From: Oscillospiraceae bacterium
GTDB lineage: Bacteria > Bacillota > Clostridia > Oscillospirales > SIG627
Direction: 5' to 3'
Length of the DNA stretch: 64,000 bases
Assembly (NCBI GenBank): GCA_034925865.1
Contig: JAYFRN010000006.1
Span: forward strand, 10,236 to 74,235
Positions 44,641 through 55,372 of this stretch are shown piece by piece. A program made the translations under genes and the position numbers. Within the stretch, counting starts at the first letter, position 1, and every line of letters begins with the position of its first letter. The notes beneath the pieces are model-generated. The model ran no database searches, was not told the origin of the DNA, and worked only from the letters and a program-made list of their open reading frames with translations.

Positions 44641-46479
44641 GTGAAAAGAGCGTGGATGAGTTTCGCAACGGCAATACTATATTTTTTAACGATAGGCGCT
44701 TTTATAATCGACTATCATATTTCGTCAAGCCTTTATATAAAGCAAAACACATATAATATGCTTCGTGACTCATCTGCGGCACAGATCACCGCAATCCGTT
44801 CTGTCCTGAAAAGTTATGAGGATATACTTTCAGTATTTTCTCACACCTTGTCAGATATTTCGTTTTCAGATGAAGTACAGCTTGTTTCAAAAATGAAAGC
44901 CGTCGCGGACGCAAATTACTTCGAATACCTCGGTATAGCCAATGCAACCGGCGAAGCCATCGACAGCAACGGAGAAATTCTTGAAATAAAAAGCAAAGAC
45001 TTTTATGTTAAAACAATGGCTGGCGAAACATGCTTTATAAAAAACGAAAAAAGTAAATTTTTGATTTCGGTGCCTGTCTATAATCAAGAGATCCCAAAAG
45101 GCGTTTTATTCGCTGTTTTGTCAGCAAATGTCGTTTCCGACCTTCTTATCCTAGAATTTCAACAACACAAAGCATATTCATTTATATGCGACAGCTCCGG
45201 AGCCGTTATATCCGAACCGGAAAATAATAATTATACCCCGTTTTGTTCTAATGTGATTGATTTTGTCGGCAATGTCAAATGCGAAGGAATTACACCGGAA
45301 AAGCTATCGTCTGATTTAAAAAACAATAACTCCGGCGCTTTTTATTATGGAGATTCCGGTAATAAAGGGTATGTCACATATATGCCCGCTCAATTAAATG
45401 ACTGGTATATTTTCTGCATTACGTCTGCGGATATTGTCGAAGAACAGCAAAAATTGGAAACCACACGCGTAATTGTTTTGATGCTTAAAATCCTTATTAT
45501 CACGGCCGTTGTGTTTTTGCTTATTATTATTCTTGATCGGAAAAGAAAAAAACAGCTTGAAAGCGAAAAAGAGCATCTGCGCCAAAGTGAGGAACGATAC
45601 GAATTAATGGAAAGGCTTTCTGAAAGCGTGACGTTTGAAGGAAGCTTTGATTCGGATATAATAAAATACAACCAATATTACTCTAAAATGTACGGAAGAA
45701 ACGGCACACCCTGTACGCGGCTGTCGCAGCTTACTCAGCCCAGCGATAAAATATTTCCAGAGGACATGGATGTATATATTTGTCTCGGTAAAAAGATTCT
45801 CGAGGGGATATCCCATTCATCAGCAGAGTATAGAATTCTTGACGCAAACGGTACTCCAATATGGCAGAAAACAGAATATCTGATAATCAAGGACGCCGAC
45901 GGAAAGCCACTGAAGGTTATTGGAAAAATCACCAATATTGACCAGCAGCAAAAACGAATAATCAAGCTGCGTGACTGTTCCGAACGCGACTCCATGACCG
46001 AACTCATTAATCACGGTTCGTTCAAAGAAAAAATCAATGCTTCATTGTCTGCCGATTGTGCGGAAACCATTAATGCCTTTATTTATTTTGACATAGACAA
46101 ATTCAAATCAATAAATGACACTCTCGGACATACGCAGGGAGACCGCGCAATTGTACTTTTCTCGGATTCGATGAAAAAAACATTTCGTGAAACCGATTAT
46201 CTCGGCAGACTCGGCGGCGACGAATTCGGGGCGTTTTTAAAAAACATTTCTTCGCGCGCTCAAGCCAAAAAAAAGGTCAGCGAGCTTTACGAGGAGCTTA
46301 ATAAATCTTGCTTATGCGGTAAATTTGATATACCCATATCATTCAGTATGGGAATTGCTTTATATCCTGAAAACGGTAATGATTTTGACTCTCTTTACAT
46401 ATCAGCGGACAAAGCGCTTTATGAAGCGAAGCATTTAAAAGCAACAGGCAAAAATAATAACTGCCCTCAATTTCTATGA
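44641..46479 (+). CDS. Membrane sensor diguanylate cyclase (periplasmic Cache-like domain, TM, PAS, GGDEF)
   Basis: GTG start after GGAGG. Two TM segments flank a ~250-aa extracytoplasmic region. PAS-like segment. RLGGDEFGAF active site with RETD (RxxD I-site) 5 residues upstream. Confidence 0.85.
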   Translation: MKRAWMSFATAILYFLTIGAFIIDYHISSSLYIKQNTYNMLRDSSAAQITAIRSVLKSYEDILSVFSHTLSDISFSDEVQLVSKMKAVADANYFEYLGIANATGEAIDSNGEILEIKSKDFYVKTMAGETCFIKNEKSKFLISVPVYNQEIPKGVLFAVLSANVVSDLLILEFQQHKAYSFICDSSGAVISEPENNNYTPFCSNVIDFVGNVKCEGITPEKLSSDLKNNNSGAFYYGDSGNKGYVTYMPAQLNDWYIFCITSADIVEEQQKLETTRVIVLMLKILIITAVVFLLIIILDRKRKKQLESEKEHLRQSEERYELMERLSESVTFEGSFDSDIIKYNQYYSKMYGRNGTPCTRLSQLTQPSDKIFPEDMDVYICLGKKILEGISHSSAEYRILDANGTPIWQKTEYLIIKDADGKPLKVIGKITNIDQQQKRIIKLRDCSERDSMTELINHGSFKEKINASLSADCAETINAFIYFDIDKFKSINDTLGHTQGDRAIVLFSDSMKKTFRETDYLGRLGGDEFGAFLKNISSRAQAKKKVSELYEELNKSCLCGKFDIPISFSMGIALYPENGNDFDSLYISADKALYEAKHLKATGKNNNCPQFL

Positions 46480-46709
46480 ACGAAAATTCAATAAACTGAT
46501 TATCACGAAACCATTCATCATAAAAATCCTGCGGTATACAACCGGACTGTCCGGAAGCAAATTCACGTGTTTTTAAAATCAATAATCGATGTTCTATAGA
46601 GATAAGCTCACCAGAACCTTTTCTCCATGGCGAGGTAATTAATTATTCAATTACATCGTTAATAATATGACAAAGAAACGGCTACGGTCGTATCTCGCAG
46701 TCAACAAAA

Positions 46710-46733
46710 CGCTGCCGTAAAATTGCGGCAGCG
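46710..46733. terminator. Bidirectional terminator between the GGDEF gene (+) and the ligase gene (-)
   Basis: CGCTGCCG-TAAAATTG-CGGCAGCG. CCATTTTT follows on the plus strand and TTTTGTTG on the minus strand. Confidence 0.7.
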
Positions 46734-46751
46734 CCATTTTTAATTTATAAT

Positions 46752-47981
46752 TCAATATCTGTTGTCAAATATTCTTGTGGATTTCTTTTCGCTTCTGGGA
46801 AGCTCTCCGATGCTTACAGCCTTCGGTACAATTGTGAGCCCGATTTTTGATTTCACGGCTTCCTTTACGGCTTCTTCCAATTCATTTCTTCCGTTTTCTT
46901 TTCCCGTTTCAAAGAAAATAGTCATTATATCCTTGCCGTTGAGGTGATCAATCATCACTTGATATTCACTGCTTACGCCTTCGACATCACGGAGAATTTC
47001 ATCAATCTGACCGGGGAATATATTAACACCCTTGACCTTAACCATATCGTCAGTTCTTCCGACAAGTGTGTCAATTCTCGGATGGGGATTTCCGCATTTA
47101 CATTCGCCTGGAATATAGCGGGTAAGGTCGTGAGTGCGGTATCTGATAAGCGGAGCGCCCTGCTTACGAAGCGTCGTTATCACAAGCTCGCCGATTTCGC
47201 CATCCGGAACATTTTCTCCTGTTTTGGGATTTATAACCTCGAAATACAGATAATCATCCCAATAATGCATTCCGCATTCATATTTACAGCTCATTGCAAT
47301 GCCGGGACCGTATATCTCGGTAAGGCCATATATGTCATACAGCTCGATCCCAAGCTCGGATGCTATTCTGCGGCGCATCTTTTCGCCCCAACGCTCCGAT
47401 CCTATAACGCCTTTTCTAAGGCAGATTTTGTCCTTGACGCCACGCTTTGCTATTTCTTCCGCAATCAGAAGCGCATATGAACTCGTGGCGCACAACACCG
47501 TGCTGCGCATATCAGTCATCATTTTTATCTGCTTGTCCGTATTCCCCGGACCCATCGGGATAACCATTGCGCCAAGCCGTTCGGCTCCATTCTGAAAGCC
47601 TATTCCCGCCGTCCAGAGTCCGTAACCGGGAGTGATATGTATTCGGTCGTCGGCCGTAATTTCTGCGGTTTTATAACAGCGTTCAAACAGGATCGCCCAA
47701 TCCTCGACATCTGTTTTTGTATAAGGAATTATAACAGGAGTACCTGTCGTTCCGGAAGAAGAATGAATCCGAACAATTTCACGGTCAGGCACGGCGGCAA
47801 GACCGAGAGGATACGCGTTTCTGAGTTCATCCTTTTCAGTAAACGGGATCTTTTTAAAATCCTCCCCGCTTGTTATGCCGGTATCGATTCCCGCATATTT
47901 CATACCGTAAAAACCGCTGCGCTTTTTTATATTTTTCAATAGCTCTTTTATTTGTTCAAGCTGCATCAGTGTCATGTCCAT
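46752..47981 (-). CDS. Phenylacetate-CoA ligase family (PaaK/coenzyme F390 synthetase-like adenylating enzyme)
   Basis: 409 aa. HSSSGTTGTPV AMP-binding P-loop, YGLTE, and C-terminal ACT-like region, as in the PaaK family. Confidence 0.82.
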   Translation of the reverse strand: MDMTLMQLEQIKELLKNIKKRSGFYGMKYAGIDTGITSGEDFKKIPFTEKDELRNAYPLGLAAVPDREIVRIHSSSGTTGTPVIIPYTKTDVEDWAILFERCYKTAEITADDRIHITPGYGLWTAGIGFQNGAERLGAMVIPMGPGNTDKQIKMMTDMRSTVLCATSSYALLIAEEIAKRGVKDKICLRKGVIGSERWGEKMRRRIASELGIELYDIYGLTEIYGPGIAMSCKYECGMHYWDDYLYFEVINPKTGENVPDGEIGELVITTLRKQGAPLIRYRTHDLTRYIPGECKCGNPHPRIDTLVGRTDDMVKVKGVNIFPGQIDEILRDVEGVSSEYQVMIDHLNGKDIMTIFFETGKENGRNELEEAVKEAVKSKIGLTIVPKAVSIGELPRSEKKSTRIFDNRY

Positions 47982-48178
47982 AACATATTTGTCCTTGTAA
48001 TCAGTTAAAGTATAGCGATTATATCACACTGTCAGTAAAAAGTCAAATTTCCGCAGTGTAATAAAGCGGCAGTTAAATTTACAGTATTAAAGCGGAATAT
48101 AAATTTACCTTGTTGATTTTTGCGCTATATTGCTTATAATGTTATATGCATAAATACATCAAAGGTATGGAATAACAT

Positions 48179-51100
48179 ATGCTTCATCTAATTGTTTCAC
48201 CTGATGGGAAATCCATGTCCGATAAAATATTTGAAAATGCGAAAAGCTCGATTTTCGCCGGACGAGAATCATTCATAATCGTTCCGGAACAAAACACTGT
48301 GGATTCGGAAATACGGCTTCTTAAGGAATGCGGAGAAAAAGCAAACCTTTTCTGCGAAGTCATAAATTTATCCCGCCTGCCAAACCGCATATTTCGTGAA
48401 ACAGGCGGCATCTCAGGCGAATATCTGACGAAAGCCGGTAAAGCTCTCTTGATTTCAAAGGTGCTCTCCGAGCTCTCTGATTATCTGACTGTCTACAAAG
48501 ACGCTGCAAAATCATATGATTTTCCGATGAGGCTTGTCGAATGCCTCGACGGGTTAAAAAGCTCCGGGTTGGGAACCGCCGCGATAAAAGAAGCGGCGCG
48601 GAATGCCGGCTATGACGGCAACACACAGCTTATCGGAAAGCTCTCCGAGCTGTATCTTATAGCTTCGGCTTTTGACGAAGAGGCGAAGAACTTTTGCACA
48701 CTCGAGGACGATATAACAAAGCTGAATTCAATACTCGACGAATTCGACTTTTTCTCAGGCAAGGATGTATACGCGGACGGATTTTTCGGCTTTTCTCTGC
48801 CGCAGCTCGAATTGATAAAGCATATAATTGCCCAGGCGGATAATTTTTACATAACAATCAACTGTTACCCAGAAGCAATTGAAGCGACAGAAAAATGCGA
48901 CGCTTTTTCATCTTCAATTAAGCTTTATTCCAAGCTTCTGCGTTTTTCAGAAAGTGCGGGACAGCAGGCAAAAACTGATTTTATAAAACGCGGTAATACG
49001 AGTTTCTTTTCCCAGATTGACGAAAACGCTTTACTGCAGCGTTCATCTTCTCACGTATTATTCTCAGAAACATCCGCCGACGCGCTGCGAATTACTGAAT
49101 GCGCGTCGGAATATGATGAAATCATCTACTGCGCTCATGAGATTGAAAAGCTCGTCAGGTATGACGGCATACGCTATTCAGATATAGCAGTCGTATACCG
49201 TTCAGAAACGCCATATGGCGCTTTATGCGACATGATATTTGAAAAATACTCAATACCGACATTTCATACGCAAAAAAGCAAAATAAACGCAGCTCCGCTG
49301 GTACAGGCAATAATATTATCCGTTGAAATAGCTGCCGGAGACACCCGGCTTGATACGATGCGCGCTTATATGAAAACCGGATTTATTCAGCTGTCCCAAG
49401 ATGAGCTTTTTTTGCTTGAGGATTACGCGCTGTCATGGAGTATTTCCGGTTCGAAATGGTTTACGGGCGATTTTAAAATGAATCCGTCAGGCTACACCAG
49501 CGAAATGACAGAATCCGATTCTGAAAGGCTGACGCGTGTGAATCTGGCCCGCCAAAAGCTGATCGCTCCGCTTTATAAATTGAAACAGAACATTTCCTCC
49601 ACGCGATCGGTTTCCGGAAAGCTTGACGCGGTAACTTCTTTTTTAATTGATGTCGGCGCATACGAGATCATAGCGCGGCAATCAGAGATTCTCATATCGG
49701 AAAAGTTATTTTCGGATGCCGGTGAGCTGATTTTACTATGGAACACGGTCGTTTCCTGTATGACGCAGTTTAATAATATATTAGGTGATTATGAGCCGAA
49801 GGGCAATTTTATTTCTATGCTCAGGCTGTGCTTCTCCGATGCGTCTACCGGACGCATTCCGTCGGTCAGTGACGCAGTATCTGCCGGTGAAAGCGAATTT
49901 ATAAGATATGACGGAGTTAAATATCTGTTTGCTCCGGGCTTCAACGCCGATTTATTTCCCGCGTCAAAGCAGTCAGACGGATTCTTTACGGGGCTGGAGC
50001 TGGAGGAGCTTCAGCGAATAATGCCGGACGCGGATCTCATCCCGGATATGACTGACAGCGATGAATTGTTTTTATTTCATAGAATTATTTCCGCTCCGCG
50101 TGAAAAGCTCTATATAACTTATCATTCTTCTTCATCCTCGGATGATTCTTACTGCGCAAAAAGCCCTTTTATCCCTGTGCTAATGCGAACACTCCCTTCT
50201 CTTTCGCTGGATAAATTCAACCCGGACTCTGCGCTTCCGGTATGTCCGGAGGAAGCTTTCTCTGCATTATGTGCAGGTATGTTTGACGATGAAGGCAAAA
50301 ACAAACTGCTTTCAGCCGTTTCTATAACTGATAAGAGTTTTACAGACAGATTCGCCCGTGCCGACGGCAGATGCGATCCTTTAAGGTCTCTTTCGCATGA
50401 ATACAATCCATATATATCCGCGCCTTTTATAAATCTCACTCAATCGCGGATACAATCCTATAATCAGTGTAAATATTCGTATTTTTTAAAATATCTTCTT
50501 TCCGCTAAGCCAAAAAAGAACATGGCCTTTGATTATTCGGAGGTCGGGACATATATACATGCCATTCTTGAGAAGTTTTTTGTCAATGTTTTTGAATCCG
50601 GCGAGTCGCTTGAAACTCTCGACAGAAAAGAAATCATGTCGAGAATACGGCATCTTTCCGAAGAGCATCTCGGCTCCCTTGGCGGAGGTGGTATATCTGA
50701 GGCGAGGCTTTTGCATATGACCTCACGAATATCGGATGCTTCCGTCAGAGTCGTCGAAAAGCTGATATGCGAATTCAAGGGCTCTAAATTCATTCCCGTA
50801 TTGTTTGAATCCGATCTCTCCGAAACCGACAGCGCTTACCGCGTTGGAGCTGAAAAGCATTCTTTACAAATATTCGGAAAGATCGACCGCGCCGATATTT
50901 ATAAAAGTGAAAACGGCGAATATTTTATCAGAGTAGTTGATTACAAAACCTCGGGAAAAGCTTTTTCAATAAGCGATATATACAACGGCATAAATCTTCA
51001 GCTGCTTGTATATCTTTTCGCGCTGTGCCAAAACGGTGTGAAGCTTGGGGAAAAAGGTGACGGCGTTCGTGTCCCGGTAAATCCGGCCGGCCTGATTTAT

Positions 51101-51544
51101 GTTAAAGCACTTTCTTCAGATTCGTTATCAGATCAACCTGTTTCGGATGAAGACGCAGAAACGAAAGCCTCAAAGCTGCTTAAAAACGACGGGCTCATCA
51201 TTGACGATAAGGAACTTATATATGCGATGGATCCTGCTGTCTCCGGCAGCTTTATTCCTGTTAAATTCAATAAAGACGGGTCAATCTCATCATATTCAAA
51301 GGTAATAAGTAAAGAAAATTATTCTATTTTAAAAAAGCATGTCGACCGTATATTGAAAAAAACAGCTGACGATCTGCTAAGAGGTGATTTCACCGCCGAT
51401 CCGTTTGCCGATAAAAAGCTGTCATGTGAATATTGCGGTTTTAAATGCGTCTGTCGGAATGAAAGCGACGGCGGACGGGAATTTAAAAAATTCGATAAAA
51501 TATCCGATGTTCTTGCGGAAATAAAAAAAGAAGAGGAGGTCTGA
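48179..51544 (+). CDS. addB: Helicase-exonuclease AddAB, subunit AddB
   Basis: 1121 aa. C-terminal RecB-type nuclease GKIDRAD...VVDYKTSG. Fe-S cysteines (QCKYSYF ... CEYCGFKCVC). Immediately precedes addA. Confidence 0.88.
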   Translation: MLHLIVSPDGKSMSDKIFENAKSSIFAGRESFIIVPEQNTVDSEIRLLKECGEKANLFCEVINLSRLPNRIFRETGGISGEYLTKAGKALLISKVLSELSDYLTVYKDAAKSYDFPMRLVECLDGLKSSGLGTAAIKEAARNAGYDGNTQLIGKLSELYLIASAFDEEAKNFCTLEDDITKLNSILDEFDFFSGKDVYADGFFGFSLPQLELIKHIIAQADNFYITINCYPEAIEATEKCDAFSSSIKLYSKLLRFSESAGQQAKTDFIKRGNTSFFSQIDENALLQRSSSHVLFSETSADALRITECASEYDEIIYCAHEIEKLVRYDGIRYSDIAVVYRSETPYGALCDMIFEKYSIPTFHTQKSKINAAPLVQAIILSVEIAAGDTRLDTMRAYMKTGFIQLSQDELFLLEDYALSWSISGSKWFTGDFKMNPSGYTSEMTESDSERLTRVNLARQKLIAPLYKLKQNISSTRSVSGKLDAVTSFLIDVGAYEIIARQSEILISEKLFSDAGELILLWNTVVSCMTQFNNILGDYEPKGNFISMLRLCFSDASTGRIPSVSDAVSAGESEFIRYDGVKYLFAPGFNADLFPASKQSDGFFTGLELEELQRIMPDADLIPDMTDSDELFLFHRIISAPREKLYITYHSSSSSDDSYCAKSPFIPVLMRTLPSLSLDKFNPDSALPVCPEEAFSALCAGMFDDEGKNKLLSAVSITDKSFTDRFARADGRCDPLRSLSHEYNPYISAPFINLTQSRIQSYNQCKYSYFLKYLLSAKPKKNMAFDYSEVGTYIHAILEKFFVNVFESGESLETLDRKEIMSRIRHLSEEHLGSLGGGGISEARLLHMTSRISDASVRVVEKLICEFKGSKFIPVLFESDLSETDSAYRVGAEKHSLQIFGKIDRADIYKSENGEYFIRVVDYKTSGKAFSISDIYNGINLQLLVYLFALCQNGVKLGEKGDGVRVPVNPAGLIYVKALSSDSLSDQPVSDEDAETKASKLLKNDGLIIDDKELIYAMDPAVSGSFIPVKFNKDGSISSYSKVISKENYSILKKHVDRILKKTADDLLRGDFTADPFADKKLSCEYCGFKCVCRNESDGGREFKKFDKISDVLAEIKKEEEV

Positions 51545-51548
51545 CGGT

Positions 51549-54500
51549 ATGGCAAAAGCAAAAATCGCATTTACATCTAATCAAAAAAGTGCGATAAACG
51601 CAAAAAATGTGTCTTTGATCGTTTCTGCCGCGGCCGGCAGCGGTAAAACCGCAGTCCTGACCGAAAGAATACTGCAAAGGCTTTCCGATCCTGCGGATCC
51701 CGCGGATATTTCAAAATTGCTTGTGGTAACCTTCACACGCTCAGCAGCCGCGGAGCTCAAGGATAGGCTGTATAAAAAGCTCGACGAAGCCTGTCTTGCT
51801 AATCCAAGTGACAAGCTGATACGCCGTCAGCTCAATTCTCTTTCGTCGGCAAAAATATCGACAATACACTCGTTCTGTTTTAATATTGTAAAGCAAAACT
51901 TTTTTGCGCTCGGTCTGCCGTCAAAGCTCAGAATTTCCGATCCAGCGGAAGCCAAAATGCTGCGCAACGCATGTATGGAAGAGATAGTAAACGCTTATTT
52001 TGAAAATTCAGGTGAAGAATCGGTAGGATTCAAGCTTTCATGCAATAACTACGGAGATTTCTTATATTTGGCCGATCTCTGCTCTGCTGTCAAATCGGAC
52101 AGGAATTTTTCGGAAATGTTGATAAAGCTTTATGAAAAGCTCAGCTCCTTCCCTTTACCGCTCAGAATGCTGAATGAAAGCACTCAAAAGTTATGTGACG
52201 AGCTTTCTTTAATGATAAACGAAAAAGCAAACGTCAACGAAAAAGAAAGGGAAGCAAACTGCGATGCTGTTTTAAAAACCGTTACCGGAAGCGTTATTAC
52301 CGTCGAAGCTCTGAAAGCTGTCAGAGCGATTAAAAGCCGTTCATTGATGCTAAAGGATGCGGCATCGACATCGGATAAAAGGCTCGGTTCCGCTTATCTT
52401 CCCGCCTTTGAATCCGATATTGCGCTTTTCGCTGAAGCAGAAAACGCAATACTGTGTAATGACAGCAAAACATTAATGGATTTAATTGGCGCTTCCGAAT
52501 CAGCAAAAAAGAGGCTTAATCCGCTTCGAATAGCTCCGGATGAAAAAAAGCTGATACGGCTAAAAAATGCATTCCAAAAAATGCGCGACACGGAATTCAC
52601 ACAGTATAAGGATGTAATGTCATCTCTGGGCTCTCTTTTCAGAGAAAGCGTAAAATCCGAATATGAAATCAATATAAAGCTGAACCGTGTGTTGACAGAG
52701 CTTCTTACCGATTTCCGTCAGTATTATTCATCTGAAAAATTAAAGCACGGCATACTTGATTATAGCGATCTCGAGCATTATGCTTTTATTTCTCTTGTCA
52801 AGCCCGAAACCTTTAATTATTCTACCGGAGAATTTGAACGCACCCCATTTGCCGTTAAATGCTCAAAAGAAATAGATGAAATTTATATCGACGAATACCA
52901 GGATACGAATATGCTTCAGGATGCGATTTTCAGAGCTGTTTCGAGGAAGCGCAACATGTTTGCCGTCGGTGACCCTAAGCAGAGTATATATGGTTTTCGC
53001 GGAGCTTTACCGGAAATATTCACCTCATATAGAAACAACTGCGGCGATTATTCCGCTGAAAATCCGGATGACAGGCAAAGAATTTTCCTCTCGGATAATT
53101 TCAGGTGTGATGAAAGCGTCGTATCATTTGTGAATACTGTATGTGAAAAGCTTTTAAATACAGATCCCGACAACCTTCTTTACGGAAAGAACGACCGGTT
53201 AGTAAAATCAAAACTGTTTGAATCAGGTTTCAGCTGTGAAATTGCCGTGATCGACAAATCACCGACCGCTGCGCAAACGGAAGCAGGTTATATAGCGAAA
53301 AAAATCAAAGAACTATTATCGGAGAACATAATCACAGATTCCGGACGGCCGTTATGTCCCGATGATATCGCCGTGCTTGCGCGGAAAGCGGATGTTCTTA
53401 TACCGGTCAAACAGGAACTTGAATCCATAGGCATTGATTCTGTTTGCGCGGCGGATGATAAATTCACAGAATCAGCCGAAATTCTTTTTATGACTTCACT
53501 CTTGAATGCGATAGATAATCCATACCGCGATGAATATCTGATCGGTACGCTCGCGTCGCCTGTGTTCTGCTTTTCATCTGATGATCTTTTCAGGATCAGA
53601 TTGGCAAAAAAGGATTCTCCGTTTTATGAAGCACTGAAGAGCTTTACAAGCGAAGACATGCTTTCGGATAAGGTCACAGAGTTTTTATATAAGCTTTCGG
53701 TTTATAGGAATGCGTCTTTGAAATACAACGCATTGGAGCTTATCCGTTATTTGTATTCAGATACGGATATATTTTCCGCTTTTACTTCCGTCGATAAAGC
53801 TGTTAGAATTTGCAAAAAGAAAAATCTAGTCCGACTTACGCGAATAGCTCAGAGCTATATCAAAGCGAATTCCGGTGGACTCGGAAGCTTTATACCGTAT
53901 CTGGCAAGCTTTTCGGGAGCAGATAGCGAAGCATCCGTAAGCGAAGACGGCGGAAGCGTCAAGCTTATGACTATGCATAAAGCTAAGGGACTCGAATTTC
54001 CGGTATGTATACTCTGCGGCTTGGGATCAAATCCGAATGAAAGAGATTTAAGCGGCTCTGTTGTGTTTTCATCAAAAACAGGTCCGGCATTTTTGATGCT
54101 CAACGACAGCGGAACCGCCAGGTTCAATACCGTTCTCAGACGCGCCGCCATATCGGAGCTGAAAAAGCAGATGAGAGACGAAGAAAAGAGAGTTCTTTAT
54201 GTTGCAATGACAAGAGCAAGACAAAAGCTTATTGTCTGCGGAACAATGGACGGTACGGATAAATTAAATGAATTGATATGTCCGTTTCCGGAGCATACGC
54301 AGGATACCGAATTTATAATTCAGAGTCTTTTTTGGGCAAAAACACCACTTGAAATGATACTGACCTGTATTTCGGATAATACTATGATTACAGAAGCGTT
54401 TAAAAAAGCAGGACGTGATGATTATGATGCGTCATCAGTCTGCGTTCCGGGACTGACAGTAAATATTGTCAAAGGAGAGAAAGACAGCTTTGAAAGCAGC

Positions 54501-55280
54501 TCTGAAATGTTTTTAAAAGGAAACTGCTGTGATAAAAAATACATTCAGCAGACAAAATTCAGCAGGAGCGAAGCGGATAACATCATTGCCGACTTGACAT
54601 TCATATATCCTTACAGTAAGCTTACTGAAATGCCGAAAAAGCTATCGGTTTCACAATTATACAGAGGGCTTAACGATTTTGATCACATTGAGCAAAAACA
54701 GCCTGAGCAGATAATGCTTGCTTCCGGCAACTTTACCAGAAAAGACAATTCATATGACGCGGCCTTCGCCGGTACATCGACGCATCTTTTTATGCAGTTT
54801 TGTGACTTTGATATATGCATAAAAAGCGGAACGGAATATGAAGCCGGCCGCCTTGTGGATGAAAATTACATATCTGTAAAAAACCGCGATTTTCTGAATC
54901 ACAGGGTCTTGAAAGCTTTTTTTGCTTCTGACCTTTTTAACCGGATTCGATTATCCGAATATGTAAAACGGGAATTAAGGTTTAATGTGTTCATGAAAGC
55001 CTCTGAATTATTTTCGGATGGAACCAGCTCAGAAAACGACTCAGATATACTCGTTCAGGGCGTGATCGACTGCTTTTTCAAGAACGATGACGGTACATAT
55101 ACGGTCATGGATTATAAAACTGATCGGGTACAGAGTGAGGATATTCTATGGGAAAGATATTCCGCTCAATTGAAGTTATATAAAAAAGCGGTCGAAAAAA
55201 TGACCGGATCCAGAGTGTCTAAAATTGTGATCTATTCTTTTAATCTCGGCCGAGAAACTGAAATTACGCTTACTGAATAA
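51549..55280 (+). CDS. addA: Helicase-exonuclease AddAB, subunit AddA
   Basis: 1243 aa. SF1 motifs AAAGSGKT, DEYQDTN, MTMHKAKGLEFP, VAMTRAR. C-terminal nuclease GVIDCFF...VMDYKTD. Confidence 0.92.
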   Translation: MAKAKIAFTSNQKSAINAKNVSLIVSAAAGSGKTAVLTERILQRLSDPADPADISKLLVVTFTRSAAAELKDRLYKKLDEACLANPSDKLIRRQLNSLSSAKISTIHSFCFNIVKQNFFALGLPSKLRISDPAEAKMLRNACMEEIVNAYFENSGEESVGFKLSCNNYGDFLYLADLCSAVKSDRNFSEMLIKLYEKLSSFPLPLRMLNESTQKLCDELSLMINEKANVNEKEREANCDAVLKTVTGSVITVEALKAVRAIKSRSLMLKDAASTSDKRLGSAYLPAFESDIALFAEAENAILCNDSKTLMDLIGASESAKKRLNPLRIAPDEKKLIRLKNAFQKMRDTEFTQYKDVMSSLGSLFRESVKSEYEINIKLNRVLTELLTDFRQYYSSEKLKHGILDYSDLEHYAFISLVKPETFNYSTGEFERTPFAVKCSKEIDEIYIDEYQDTNMLQDAIFRAVSRKRNMFAVGDPKQSIYGFRGALPEIFTSYRNNCGDYSAENPDDRQRIFLSDNFRCDESVVSFVNTVCEKLLNTDPDNLLYGKNDRLVKSKLFESGFSCEIAVIDKSPTAAQTEAGYIAKKIKELLSENIITDSGRPLCPDDIAVLARKADVLIPVKQELESIGIDSVCAADDKFTESAEILFMTSLLNAIDNPYRDEYLIGTLASPVFCFSSDDLFRIRLAKKDSPFYEALKSFTSEDMLSDKVTEFLYKLSVYRNASLKYNALELIRYLYSDTDIFSAFTSVDKAVRICKKKNLVRLTRIAQSYIKANSGGLGSFIPYLASFSGADSEASVSEDGGSVKLMTMHKAKGLEFPVCILCGLGSNPNERDLSGSVVFSSKTGPAFLMLNDSGTARFNTVLRRAAISELKKQMRDEEKRVLYVAMTRARQKLIVCGTMDGTDKLNELICPFPEHTQDTEFIIQSLFWAKTPLEMILTCISDNTMITEAFKKAGRDDYDASSVCVPGLTVNIVKGEKDSFESSSEMFLKGNCCDKKYIQQTKFSRSEADNIIADLTFIYPYSKLTEMPKKLSVSQLYRGLNDFDHIEQKQPEQIMLASGNFTRKDNSYDAAFAGTSTHLFMQFCDFDICIKSGTEYEAGRLVDENYISVKNRDFLNHRVLKAFFASDLFNRIRLSEYVKRELRFNVFMKASELFSDGTSSENDSDILVQGVIDCFFKNDDGTYTVMDYKTDRVQSEDILWERYSAQLKLYKKAVEKMTGSRVSKIVIYSFNLGRETEITLTE

Positions 55281-55296
55281 TTCTAATCAACGAAAT

Positions 55297-55342
55297 TAAA
55301 TGCGGCGCCTTAAACCTGAAAAGGCTTCCGGCGACGCATTTA
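55297..55342. terminator. Bidirectional terminator-like hairpin between addA (+) and the hydrolase gene (-)
   Basis: AAATGCGGCGCCTT...AAGGC..CGGCGACGCATTT, an imperfect long stem flanked by AT-rich sequence. Confidence 0.55.
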
Positions 55343-55372
55343 ATTTCCTTCATTTAAAATTCCAAATTAATA

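Noticed and set aside
46343-46582. 79-aa minus-strand ORF spanning the end of the GGDEF gene and the downstream spacer
   Set aside because: It overlaps the 3' end of a supported CDS, has no SD and no recognisable similarity. Possibly a gene remnant, but this cannot be supported.
46944-47480. 178-aa ORF antisense to the PaaK-like ligase gene
   Set aside because: Shadow ORF inside a strongly supported CDS, with no SD or family resemblance.
48179-48250. Partially degenerate Walker A in AddB (IVSPDGKS instead of GxxGxGKT)
   Set aside because: The GK[ST] core is retained and AddB N-terminal motifs vary among lineages. This is not enough to claim loss of nucleotide binding.
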